From the NCBI GenBank assembly GCA_000708835.1, contig DF237039.1, positions 150,035-214,034 on the forward strand: a stretch of 64,000 nucleotides of DNA. The letters are read 5' to 3'. Source of the stretch: Klebsormidium nitens. Taxonomy: Eukaryota > Plantae > Klebsormidiophyceae. The notes beneath the pieces were generated by a model. The model searched no databases. It was not told the origin of the DNA and worked only from the letters and a program-made list of their open reading frames with translations. The translations under genes and the position numbers were made by a program. Position 1 is the first letter of the stretch; every line of letters begins with the position of its first letter. This document shows positions 11,063-22,890 of this stretch, in pieces.

Positions 11063-13896
11063 ATGATCCTCACGGAGCGGCCTTTTGAACACGTTGCACT
11101 ATCTGTTATGAATGGTTATGAGTCCTACGAGCAGCGTCCAGATACTTCTGGCGCTGCTGCAAGCCAAGAGCTTTCGCAGTTTGATGCCGCCTCGCGTCTC
11201 GAGGCAGAGGACACTGGTAGAGGCGTTGGGAGATCGAGGTTCAGGTTTGCAATGGTTTGTGCTTCAAACCAGAACCGCAGCATGGCGGCACATGCACTCC
11301 TCCAGAAAAGCGGCCTTCTGGTCAACTCCTATGGCACAGGCTCTCAGGTGAAGCTATTAAAGTGATTTGTTCAGCTGAAATTCTAGTGCTTACCCTGCAG
11401 TTATTTTCTGCCTGCATCTTCTCTTTATGGTTGCCACTTGTTTGCCTTCGGTATAGGGGTTCCACATTGTCGGACTGGTCCAGATTGTTTGCCTAATGCA
11501 TTTAATCATACTGGCACTTAATCTTATGTACCTTCGCCATATTCGTGGAAGGCACTTTGTGCGCTGATTGGGTGTTACATTGCTGTGGTGGTTGTGTTCT
11601 CAGGTGAAGCTTCCAGGGCCCAGCCAGAAGGAGCCAAATATCTACAGCTTTGGCACTACATACCAGAAGATGCATGACGAGCTAGCCGCACAGAACCCAA
11701 GCCTGTATCCTCCTCAAAAGAGCGGCCATCAAGTAGCGCTTATCCATATGTTGTTTTGCCTGAACTTATGTTGTGAATAACCTACTGCACCAGTCTGGTT
11801 GTGATGAAACATTTGCTGCTCTTTGCTTTCCACGAAGAAGCTGCGGTACGTCGACCTGTCCAGCTGTTGATGTTTTCTGCCGATGATTTGTCCGGGGATA
11901 TCTGATAATTGCAAGCACTTCATAGGTCCCGAAAATACAGCTCATTAGTACTGTCAGCAGAGTCGTATTGCAAGAAATGTTTTGACAGCACCCCCCTCTT
12001 TCAGATTGTTTCTTGAGTATCTATCTTTTCTATTTGATTGTACGTGTCAATTTCCTTTATCGTCTGTCCCTTGACAACAAGCAGATACCGCAAAAATGGG
12101 ATTCTGGAGATGCTACAACGAAACATGGCGGTAAAAGGAGCTCCTCAGCGGTGGCAGGACAACCATGAAGATGGATTTTTTGACATTGTCCTAACCTTTG
12201 AGGAGCGGGTATTTGATGCTGTCCTAGAAGGTGAGCTCACCTTAGGATCACTTTTGTGATTCAAATGTTGATTCCTGCTGCTCATGCCCAGAAATTCAAT
12301 TCTGCCAGTCAGGGCAACACTTCATCCTCTTGTGCAAGTCCAGAGTAGCAGTTCTGAGCCCCTGATGTTATCATCACCTCCTAGTGATTACAGAGATGTA
12401 CGGGGAAGGATCGCCAGCAGTCTGCCTATCATACCGTGGACCAATCTGGATAATCACCTATGCTTTTCGTTAGAAAGTCTGCACCTATGTTTTAGGACTA
12501 TGCTCAATATGCAGTCGTTGTTAGGTATTCGAATGTTTCAACAATTGAGGGCCAGTCCCAACTTTTGTGTTTCCTCACTTGATTGCGTATTGTGATTGTT
12601 CTTGTTTCTTGCTTCCTTCTGAAGAGCGTTATGCATTACTGTCAGGGCCTGTACAAATGTGCAGGAGGGGATACTCGCAGGGAACTGCCGGTGTTTCATA
12701 TTGTGCAGCTTTTGGTTGCATTTTGGAATCTGGCCAGGGTTCCGTTGTCCGTGACAAATGGCCCTGCTGAGGATCTACTCGCTGTGTGTGCAGATATGCA
12801 GAGTAGGCAAAGCAAGGGACAGAGTGCTCTTGTGGTCCATCTGGAAATCAGAGATAGCCATGAGGAGGCAGCCTCAGGAGCCAAACTGGCTCTTGAGCTT
12901 TGTCAAATGGTGAGGAATGGGACTTTGAACAACGCTTGTACGGTGGTTTTGTCTGTTTTTGCCAATCTGAAGCTTTGCCTTGATCGGAGTGAGCAGTCTC
13001 CTTGCAGAGATGGATGTACAGAATCTTTGTCTTTCTCATGTCCAACGCGTGTACACCAACGTGTGACTACACACACCGCCACAATATACGAGGCCAACTC
13101 AGTTTATACTAGCCTTGCACGGTCAACTCAAGCAGTTCTCCATAGTCTCCGAGTCTTGGAGTATTCCTTTCGGACGGGAGAAAGTATCAACACTGGACGA
13201 TTAGCAGACATGACGCCGCGCATGCCGATGAAGGCTGTAAGCAATCTACCGTAGCAGGGTGCGATGATCCTCATAATTGGATATGGGAGGATCGATGTTG
13301 CTATAGGAGGGTTGTGCAATTCAGTCCTTCTTCTCCGCTGTGCGCTCCTAAGCGGATATAGGCCCATCAAAAGTTGGTCAATGCAAGTCGGAGCTTTGCA
13401 GCCGCTGGACACTAAATTGACAATCCATTTGCCCAAGTGGGGCTCTGAATCCGCAGTGCACATGTTGGCTCACTCTGGGTAGCACAACCAGTAACTTTGT
13501 ATATATTCGGATGCCTGCAAGCATAGTGATATCAAGCTTGTCAGGTACAGGTTTGCTTCTTTTGTGTTCGGCAAAGGCTGGCCAGGTGTCCACCTTTTGA
13601 CACTTGGCCGGCACCAAAGCACTTCACATTCATGCCCAACCCTGTAAGATGGGTAAGACTTGCCTCGGATTCATGAATATCGAATATCGACTGAAGTCAG
13701 GGCGCTATCCGGTTGTCTAATCGATGCAATCTGTTAGCTAGCCTTCGTCATGGAAGTTTCAACTGACTCCCAAATTTCCTGCTTGTGCTTGCAGTTTGAG
13801 GAAGTAGAAGCTTGGGAAGACGGAGTAGATCTAGTTTTAGAGAGATTTGAAAAGCGCTACAAACGAAGACCAATATACGAAGTATGTTTCTTCTAG
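11063..13896 (+). CDS. SSU72: RNA polymerase II CTD phosphatase Ssu72, 5 exons, about 249 aa
   Basis: Exons 11063-11347, 11604-11704, 12085-12230, 12794-12909, 13795-13896 (750 nt). Catalytic CX5R motif VCASNQNRS, plus GTGSQVKLPGP, TFEERVFD, EIRDSHEEA and terminal EVCFF*. Alternative start ATG at 11108. Confidence 0.96.
11342..11611 (+). repeat. 14-nt direct repeat spanning both junctions of SSU72 intron 1
   Basis: tctcaggtgaagct at 11342-11355 (donor) and 11598-11611 (acceptor); the intron is 11348-11603. Confidence 0.9.
11705..12084 (+). other. U12-type (minor spliceosome) GT-AG intron, SSU72 intron 2
   Basis: The 5' site GTATCCTC is close to the U12 consensus RTATCCTT. A branch motif TCCCTTGAC (12067-12075) has its A 10 nt from the 3' end, and there is no polypyrimidine tract. 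The junction is required to keep the SSU72 frame (SL|Y). Confidence 0.8.
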
Positions 13897-14143
13897 CTTC
13901 AACAATCTACAACGAATGGTCCACTGCATGTGCATGAATCTCGTCGACCATGTGGCACTAAGTGATATATAACACAGGTTGAAATCATTCTTAGTGACCA
14001 CGCTTCGATGCACTGGAAACAAAAGCAGGCTGGCAACCAACAGACCGCGTCACGGGCGGCTAAAGCTTTCAATGTCAGAAGCGTAGAACCATACAACTCG
14101 ACAAAGGTTCAGTCTTAGTACCGGTAATACACGATAATGAGAT

Positions 14144-17066
14144 TCACGTCCGTGTTGGTCGATAGTATCTTGAAATATCCTCGGATTTGAAGCCTCGCTG
14201 CGAAAGTTGACTTCTTGATGGGCTTCCGGATGCTCGTCTGGAATGTGTTTCGTTGCACTCCAGGCAGAAAACTCGATCATACCGTTCGTCATAGCTGCAA
14301 GATTACAAAGAACAGTGTTTATTGCGCCCTTTATTCTTGGTGCATAAATGAGTGTCCTGAAGCTGCGCATGCCATCAGATTGCCTTTGTCGAAGGCCGGC
14401 GGCCAAAAAGGCGGCGGCTCAAACACTGATTGCGTAATCAGCCAGGAGCATCAAGTCGGTGGCCGAGTTCGGCCACGTGACGAACGTCCCTGAGGCAAAT
14501 TCAGCCGCTTCCCGTGTTACTACCCCTCACTAAACTTCGTATGAAGCCTGCAGTGCTAATAATAAAGATGTACTCTGGACTCGCCATTCAGTCCACCCAA
14601 GATTCATATGTCCTTCTCTATTCCCTGGTTCGTCCCGATGAGCGGACCCGGAGCAAGGCTAACTATTTGCAGGCTTCGCAAGATGCCTTTAAAGGCTTCG
14701 GCTTTTTTGTAAAACGACATAAAACGACGCTCAGACATGCTGAGACGAGCGAAGTCGATTGGAAGAGCTGCCAAGGTCGTGATGCGAGGTGGGGTGCTCC
14801 TTAACAAAAGACAAGAACCTTTTAGCTCCTTTTTTGGCTTTTCGCTTTATTCATTGTACTTTAGGTCCTGATGCAAAGCGCTTTGAAGCTTGCTAGATCA
14901 ACCGGCCGTTGTGTTTCTTACATCGGTTTGATTCCCTTGGAATTGTACCTTTGAAGAATGTACTGTTGGGCACAATCGACCCCGCTTTAGTTGGGAACCG
15001 ATGTTCTCCGACGATCCTCAGCGAAACTTTGCTCTAGCGGTCTCTCAAAAAAGACAGGTGCCAGCGTTCTTGCAGCGAACCTGGGTCGCACTTCGAGAGG
15101 TTTGTACTGCCACAGGAGGCCACATAAGCGGACGATCCCGCAAGGGGTAAGGAACGGGCTCACTTACTTTGTAACGGAGCACTGTTCACAGAAGGGCTCT
15201 TGACAACTCTCGCAAGTGCGTTCGCGCCCACAGCAAAGCCGTTGCCTGCAACGCAACCAGATAGCGGGAAGCTAAGTATCGTCGCCTAACGTTTGGTGGT
15301 ACCTCTACGAATCCGTCTCTCAAATTTTGGTGCAGAAGTTTCGAATCTGAGGCTTTCTTTGAGGCCTCCGTGAAGCAGACTTTCCCCTTTTTGCTGCTTG
15401 AAGAATAGACTCTTCCTATTCCTTGAGACAGCCGGGTACAAGTCGTTTCCCGCCCTCAAGGAAACACACATTGAAATACGAGGACTTCCAAGCAGATCGA
15501 CCTTCCGCCACTCCCACAAGTGTGAAAAATGGGACTACTCACTCGCAGTGCGTGCAAAACGTCTCGCCTGGGTCCCCGCACTCTCCACATCTCCAATCCG
15601 ATACGTCGATGTCCATAGCCCCTGTTTCGCTGACTGCAGTCCCGGCGCCGTTTGGGCCGTGAGACAGGGCGGGGGTGCCCATACTACCAACACCTTGAAA
15701 GAAATGCATAAGAAATCACTTTCTGATATCGGTCCAGGTGTGGTTGGGGAGTCTAGCCGAAAAAGGTATGACAGCTGTTCCGGGCCAACTTACGCCCCCT
15801 TTGTTGTGGTCGGGTACTGCAGTACCCTGGATCCGTGTATTCAAACAGAAAGTTTCCGTGGGAGAAGGTATTGGGTTTTTGGCCTTGAATGGCTCCTGGA
15901 AGAAACTGTAATTGTGCGGAAAAGCTGTGCTCGCTTTCAAGATTGCAGGAAGTCCGATTGGCCTCTGACATTGAGACAAGGAATCAATGGACTGGGATGT
16001 CTTCCAATTTGACCCCTGGAAAGGAAACTCAAAGCGACAAGATGGTTGAGTATGGGTTAAAGAAAACCACAGATTAAGAATCAAAGGTGCATCACTCTAA
16101 CGGGTAGGTAAGGAACGCTGAAACTATAGTAGATGTCCGTTCGCACTTTGGCACAACCTGACCTCACACCAACACAAAGTCAAGAGACTCCAGGGGAAAG
16201 TAAGGGCCGCATTGGTAATCTGTTACGCGTTGCCCCTTCCTAGATAACAGAAGTAGGTACTTTGGCTTCCTTACTGATATTGTCACCAAAGGAGGGTTCC
16301 TGGCAATAGGATGAATCAAAAGCCACATTCGCCGAAAATGAACCATCTGAAGTTGCCAGACTTACTAGGGTCTCGAGATCCTGACGCTATATTCTGGTGG
16401 TGAGTGCCCGTGCTTCCATTGGGAGCCCCGTTAGAATGGTCTGAGGCGGCGCTTGCCCTGGCGCCGGCTCTAAGTAACCTCAGAGTGTGTTCTGTAGGAA
16501 AGAAGCGCCATGACTGTTACATAGATTTGAGGGAAAAGGGCAGCAGCAGTCAACGAAAGGCCACAGGCTTGTCCAATGGACGTTCGACTTTCTGGTGGCA
16601 TGATCTGACCATTCTGATTTGTGCATCTGGAATGCTCATGATCACCACTAAAAGACCTTCTTGGCGGAGAGGAATGTTTGAGACATCATAAACCGCACTT
16701 AAGCATCAGGGAATGTCAAGAGTACTTGAGAGGTGTGTCCACAACAAGTACGTACAGCACTTGCCCAACATCCAAGAGGGAATGAAGCATTAAAAAGCTG
16801 GTATCTTAAGTTCTTGGGGGGTCACATTGGCCAATCTACGTCGCCAACCGCCAGTTATAAGAGATGTGTCCAATGTGAGACTCAGTTCCGCAGTCACCCC
16901 AGCCGCGATTGCCCAGAGGATGAAAGGAGCACAATGGAGAAGTCTGTTGAACATCCGCAGGGTAATGTGAAGTGCGTGGACCTTGTATGCTGGCAGTATC
17001 TTCTTTCAAACGCGTGCCCTGGCCCCTCTCCTGTCGGCCCCCGGTTGGCTCCCTTCGCTTCACCAT
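14144..17066 (-). CDS. SIVA1: Siva-family (SIVA1-like) Cys-rich zinc-finger protein, 6 exons, about 230 aa
   Basis: Exons 16982-17066, 16366-16491, 15794-15895, 15543-15693, 15168-15245, 14144-14294; all GT-AG and phase-compatible; total 693 nt. N-terminal MVKR...EHTLRLLRAGARA. C-terminal CGECGDPGETFCTHCEQRLCCGRERTCESCQEPFCEQCSVTNYDERYDRVFCLEC has the Siva cysteine spacing. Exon 1 is the least certain. Confidence 0.7.
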
Positions 17067-17961
17067 ACCAGCAAATAATCCAGCAGCTTCTTCGAGAAAC
17101 TTCGTCCCACCTGACTACTGGCGAGGTACTTTTTCTGGCCGTACAGATGCCGCAAGAGGAGCCTAGCTCAGCTTCAAGTAAGTGCCTCTATCGTTTTGTA
17201 CACTTCATGCAAGCACCGAGACCAACCCACTCTTCGGGCTTTTCTGATTCGTATCAAAGATGCCAGGATTGAATAGCTGGCCAATGCACGCAGGGCGACG
17301 GATCTAGAGATAAGTGCAAAACCTAAGGCTAGGACCTTCTAATGAGTTTCTGAAGTGGACGATGATGATGGAGGTCAGCATTGGGCGCCTTTAACCACCT
17401 TCATAGCTTGGCAGCTTGCACTCTGAACAAATTGAATCAGTCCCACGGTGCAATTGCAGCGGCAGCCTTGGCGGCTGGTCCAGCCTCAGGCCCAGGGACG
17501 AGTTCGAAGACTCGAGCAGAGACGTAGAACAGCGTCCAGTATCCGAAAACGTGGTGGTTCGACGCCGAAGATACAATCGGTATTGTAGCCCTCTGCGAAA
17601 TGCACAGGGTCGAATCACTCAAAGTTGGCTAGGACGCCTTCGTCGTACCGTGACCAGCGCGGGGCCTTTCCCAGCCTTCGGTTTTATTGGCGAAACAGTG
17701 CCGCTGCCACTGGCGCCATGCAAGCTTCAGAATCACAAGCTTGCGACTTTTCTCTGTTTCTCCTGTGGATCAAACGCTTGATGACAGCGTCAAGACACAA
17801 GCGTACGATCCCGCACCTTTATTGAAGTTTCACTTGTTGCTAGCTCCCTATCCTCACTTCAATGTTCCTCCAGCTCAATGTGCTCTGAACCCTAATCTCC
17901 GGCCCGCTGAATGGCTTAGCTCTAAACACTCCGGATACTGATGTCTTGAGAAGCATCTGGA

Positions 17962-20900
17962 ATGGCGACCTCTTTGCGGCGGAGCATATCCAGTATGCCG
18001 AGCCAAAGGGGCTCCTTTGCAAACCCATTGCCAGCTGACAGCAGCTTTGCAAGCATGTCTGGATTTCTTGAGCTTGAAGCGACTCAGCAGCTAGCGCCAC
18101 CAGCGGACCGTTTTAGCGTTGTTGGCACCTCTAGCTTTGTTGGGGGCACAGGTGAAGAGTGCGCAGACCTTCGAGGGCGGGGATTGGTGGCCCTGCCTGC
18201 GCTTGGGAGACAGTCAGGGTTGACCGCAGTGGACCTTTCAAACAATAGCATAGCAGGCCTGGAGTCAGCTCCGGAAGAGTTGCCGGACGATCTGCAGGTG
18301 AGCTGACAAAATTCTATCTTCGTTTGGCATTGAAGGCATTGCGGATGGTAGCTGGAGGTGCTTGACTTTGGCAGATTGGGTTTAATGGTTTTACCGGCTG
18401 TTGTTGATAGACAATGTTGACCAGCCAGCATGATGCAGACGGTGATTCGCAAGCTGTTTTGAGTACTCAGATCTGCTGTCCTTTTTCGAGGACAATATGG
18501 CCTGCAATCAAAGTCAAGCGAGTCAGTCAGGTCAGATCAGTCAGGAGATCTTAAGAGCATCATCTTCTCTTCAGGCCTCCCCTCGCATCTTCCTTCTTAT
18601 TGGCCACAACTTGAAGCTATTCAACTCAAAGCACCCCCAGTCGATCTGCAAATTTGGCTGAAACTCTTTCCTGCCATGAGCAATGCTTCTGGAATGGTAC
18701 GTCAGTCTTCAGTTGCTCCAGTCGCCGCCGGCATTGTGCAAGTCACCGCAGCATTCCACCTAGCAGGCTGCTTAAGAACAGCTCACTTGCGTAAAGCCAG
18801 CTTACACGGTCAGCAACCAGATCTCCCCTCATGATCAGCAATCAGCTCTCAACCCCTCCTCTTTCTCACCTCAGACCAGTCTCGTTTCAAACTCTCAGTG
18901 TCTCCCTCTACTACTTCCAGATGCTCTCCCTGGCTGGTAACAAGCTCTCGGACCTCTGCCACCTAAAGTACCTGACTGCGTGCACCTCCCTCATCGACCT
19001 CGACATCTCAGGCAACCCTGTAACCGATGGTGCCGCCAGGATTGGCTTCGACCTTCGACCGTTCCTGCTCTTCCTTCTGCCACGGTTGCAGAGGTGAGGG
19101 TGATTATCCTGGCTTTTACCCTTTCTGGACTTGACCCGTTGCTTATGGAAGGCCGGGACTTTGTGAACCACTGCCCTATGAATTCAGTGGCATAGGCAGA
19201 TTGAACAATCCTCAGCTCTTGTCTGTCACAGTAAGGGACTATCCTATAATTCGCGGTCTGGCAGAGACTTGCACGTTGGATAAAGCCCACATACTACGTG
19301 GGGAAGCGAATTTCTGACCTGAGCGACAACCTATTGGAAGCATTGACTGCAGTGAACAGCTGAGACTTATTTCCTCGTATCCACTTGATTGGCGGGAAGA
19401 GCAAGGGCGCTCGAAGACGACTCGCTTGGTTCATAGCGAACTTTCTGGGGCACTTTACATTCTTATCCACTTCGCTCTTTTTGTTCTCCGTTTTTCCGTC
19501 TCTTCGACCCCGTGATATCGAAGCGACGGTCCTTCGTTCATAACGTATCTTCCCATTCCGTCTGAAGGGATCTCCCGCAAACACCGGCTTGCAAACAACC
19601 TGCTGCTTTCACGTGGATCCGGAAACCTCACTTTTTCGACGGCGCTGAGTGCCGAAACTCGGAAGTGAATGACGACTGGGCTCGGACCTACGTATAGCTA
19701 GCTGCATCAAGGCCTTGAAACTGACTCTTCACCACAAGCGCAAGAACACGATGCATTGCTTTCAAAAAATGCTTCCACACAATGTTGCTTGAGTACCAAC
19801 AATTGTCTTATGAGGGCGACGGGCTGTTTCGACCCAACTTTCGGAGAAGCTAGAGTGTCGAAGGTTGTTTTCTCAATCAAATCTGTACTCAGACTTGATT
19901 CCTATTTCCTTGATTCCAGCCCAATCCCGGACATGGAGAAGGTGGAAAGAAGCTGTATCCAGATCCTTTCCAGCCGTTCGAAGAATTGTTGAGGAATCGT
20001 CGTACAAATACGGAATACTTTAAGAATCGAACCAAGGGATATACAGAAACAGCTGCTATGGAAACCCTCAAATCCCGAAACCGTGAATATGTTCTGACGC
20101 TTCTCCCAGGCTGAACGGGCAGGACGTCCGGCAGGCGCGGCTGCTGGAGGCGTCGCGCACGCTATTCACGGACGCCCGAGGGCGGCTGTCGGACCGGCTA
20201 CTGGAGATGCTGGACGACGGACGGCAGGTCGAGCTGACGCACTACCTGTCGCAGCAGGTCAGCCTGACGTCAGCTGAAAGACAGCGGTCCTATCCTCCAT
20301 GAAACGGGCGTCTAGCTTCGCTTAGAGGGACAATTGACTGTCGCGAAACCGCACATGTAAGACTTTTAAAGCCAACGGTAGAGACCCCGAAATGTGGAAC
20401 GTTTCTCTGACGAAACGTTTGCAATTCCCCTACACGTGTTTGGCCTGTTGGGACGTTGTGAAGATCGACAGTCCCTTCGACTGTCCCTTGCGCCTCTGCG
20501 GCAGTCCTTTCACCTGTGTACGTTGTGGACATCGGTACCAGAATGCAGCAAAACTTGCCAAATCTGCAAAACACTACAATCACAGGACCTAAAGCCTTTC
20601 AGGGAATGTTGTTGGGTTGTATCAAAGCCCTGAGAATTTGTCCACGGAATGCTTGCTGGGAGTGGCAACAACCGCCAGTTCTGGTCTGTGCTTCTCCAAC
20701 AAGCTAGTAGCTGCAATCCCCTCCGCTCTCTTCCTCCTCTACCAAGCCTCTTGGCCTCTCTTTTTTTCCTCTCCTCTCTTCAGACGTTTACTTCCACAAT
20801 CTGCTTCGTTTTCCCTTGGTATCATCTTAGACTACTTGTTCTGAGCTTCTCATCTTTGAGCTTTCTCCCGTCAACTTTTGCGCTGCCCACACTTTCTACA

Positions 20901-22890
20901 ACTTTGATTCTCGCCGCCGTGCAGTGCCCTCTTGTCAAGCGGCCTCGCCACGTCGACTCCGTTCCCAGCAGCCCCCGCGCTGCGCACAGACCCGAAACCT
21001 CCCAACCCCTAAAGAACCCCGAAACCTTCCCAAGCTCGCCGATCGATGAAGTGCCCGTCGGCTCGGGGGCGCGGCGCGGCCTTTCCTATAATGGCGTCGC
21101 TTCCAGACATGTAAGGGGACGGAGGACTCCGGAGAGGGCCCTGGGCGACACGAGAGCGCCGGAGAGCGCTCCTGTGTCGCCCAGAATGCGAGTGTCGGAA
21201 AACGCAATCATGGGGTTCGAGGGCTCCGGCGGACGGAGCCCCACGGAAAAAAAGCCTACCAGCCCGCGGTCGCCTTTCAACCGGGCGCCGAACCGTAAGG
21301 CCAGGGCGACCAAGAGCAGGCCCCAAGAGACCGGGGCCAATCACCGGGAGGGGACGAGTAGAGTCAGAGCTGATGTTGGTGAAACCAAGACCCCGGAGAA
21401 TCATTTCTCCTTGACTCGAGAAGCCGAGACTACAGCCCGAGCGGAGAGTGTTAATACTCCCAGGAGTCCCCAGAAAGCACTAGCGAAGAGGTCCTTCAAA
21501 GATATGGATCCGTCTCGAAAAGCTCTCGAAGCGATTGGGGAGTCACCTGAGCGGCCAGTGGATGACGGACACGTGGCACTCCCGCAGAGCCCCGACGCAG
21601 AGGTAGAAACGGAGATGGTCAAGCGGCTGGTCACGGCGGAGTTGGTCGCGAGCCCTTCGCATTCGCAGCTCGAGACCCTGGCCGGCGATGTGAAGGGGCA
21701 GAGCCGCGACCTTTCGGACGTCCGCCGGGAGCTGTCCGGCGTCAGGAAGGAGCTCCGGCACTCGCGCACGCAGGGCAACCAAGAGCTGGCGGACGTTTGG
21801 GCGGAACTGACGGAAGTCCGGACGGACCTTCGGAATTCCGGCGCGGAACTGGGCCTGGCTCGTGCGGACGTCAACAGGGCTCGGACGGAGCTCGCGGACG
21901 TCCGGGCCGAGCTGGGCACGTGCCGCAAGGAGTCTCGGACGGCGTGCGCGGAGCTGGGGGCTTCGAGGGCGGAACTGGGCACCGTTCGGAGGGAATTGGA
22001 CGCTGTTCGGACGGAGCTTTCCGGCGCTAGGGCGGAACTGCAGGGGCTCCACTCGCGGGTTCGGGCGGAATCGGACGCGCGCGCGCTCCTCGAGGAGGCG
22101 CTGAGGCGCATGTGGGCGGAGTGCGTTCAGCTGCGCGCGTGGCAGGAGGCGCAGATGGCGCAAGAGCGGGCTCGGGCGGCCGCTAAGGTGCAGAGGGTTT
22201 GGAGAGTTTGGCGAGCGCGACGGGAGCGGGAGGCGAGAGTAAAAGAGCGGCAGTGGCTAGAAGAGGTCTGTACTCTGCCTATCCTGGTTGAATTTCTTTT
22301 TAAGATTTGGAAGGGTACCCTGAAGGTAATACCAGGGTCTGCTGACGTGCTCGATTGGGCCTTATCTGCCTTGAGTGGCCTTATTCTGAGAAGGGGACCA
22401 AGGGGCAGCGTCTGCCCTTCTGGTCGAGTGTGAAATCTGTCGGGTCATGGCGCGCGAGGTCTGTTGCGCCCTCTTAGGACCACTTGTCGAATTTGAAGTT
22501 CAGTTTCAATCTCCGAAGTGCGCAAATTTCAACCTAAGTTCCTAGGAAATCGCTTCTTATCTGCAGGCCCTACGGCCGCACGTCGTCAAAGTACAAGCCC
22601 TGATCCGAGGGTTTCTTCAAAGGCGTCGGACGTATGAGCTGAGAGTGAGAACGGCAGCGGCCGTCCGCATTCAAGCGATGGTCCGGGGATACATTCAACG
22701 GAAGAGGATCAAAGGAGCAATGTGTCAGCTGCAGAAAGACCAGTGGGCCAGGCACGAAGTCGAGGCTCTGCGAGGGCAGTTGTACCATATGCAGCTTTGG
22801 ATGCATCAAATGGCAACGTCTATAGCCAGTGCACCGGGTACACGCATACCCTGTCTAGGTCAGTCAGGTCCCGACAAGCGAGGAACTTGA
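17962..22890 (+). CDS. CEP97: CEP97-like centriolar LRR + coiled-coil + IQ protein, 5 exons, about 773 aa
   Basis: Exons 17962-18297, 18921-19093, 20110-20257, 20925-22265, 22567-22890 (2322 nt). LRRs (LTAVDLSNNSI, LSLAGNKL, LDISGNPV). The LRR-cap FDLRPFLL...LQRLNG...GRQVELTHYLSQQCPL matches the CEP97 motif as I recall it. IQ motifs VQRVWRVWRAR, VQALIRGFLQR, IQAMVRGYIQR. Confidence 0.85.
21717..22050 (+). repeat. Degenerate 21-bp (heptad) coding repeat in CEP97-like exon 4
   Basis: DVRRELSGVRKEL...ADVWAELTEVRTDL...ARTELADVRAEL...SRAELGTVRRELDAVRTELSGARAEL. The nucleotide unit resembles gacgtccgggcggagctg, recurring with 7-codon periodicity. Confidence 0.8.

Noticed and set aside
11801-11905. 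Possible C/D snoRNA (GTGATGA...CTGA) in SSU72 intron 2
   Set aside because: No convincing terminal stem or D' box, and no recognisable rRNA-complementary guide.
12583-13254. 223-aa ORF inside SSU72
   Set aside because: Only 12794-12909 is SSU72 exon 4; the rest is open intronic frame.
15398-16012. 204-aa plus-strand ORF
   Set aside because: Antisense shadow of Siva-like exons and introns; no recognisable domain.
16275-16365. Apparent extra 72-bp in-frame exon of the Siva-like gene
   Set aside because: It would need a 19-nt intron (gtaagtctggcaacttcag), far too short for this genome; exon 2 joins the 15895 acceptor directly in the same phase.
16733-17272. 179-aa plus-strand ORF with a CCHC-knuckle-like CVQCETQFRSHPSRDC (possible gag remnant)
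   Set aside because: The spacing is C-x2-C-x6-H-x4-C, not the gag knuckle; there is no pol nearby; and it overlaps the Siva-like first exon antisense.
20392-20592. C2H2-like peptide (PFTCVRCGHRYQNAAKLAKSAKHYNH) in CEP97 intron 3
   Set aside because: The first His is misplaced, the ORF is short, and there are no splice signals to include it; likely chance.
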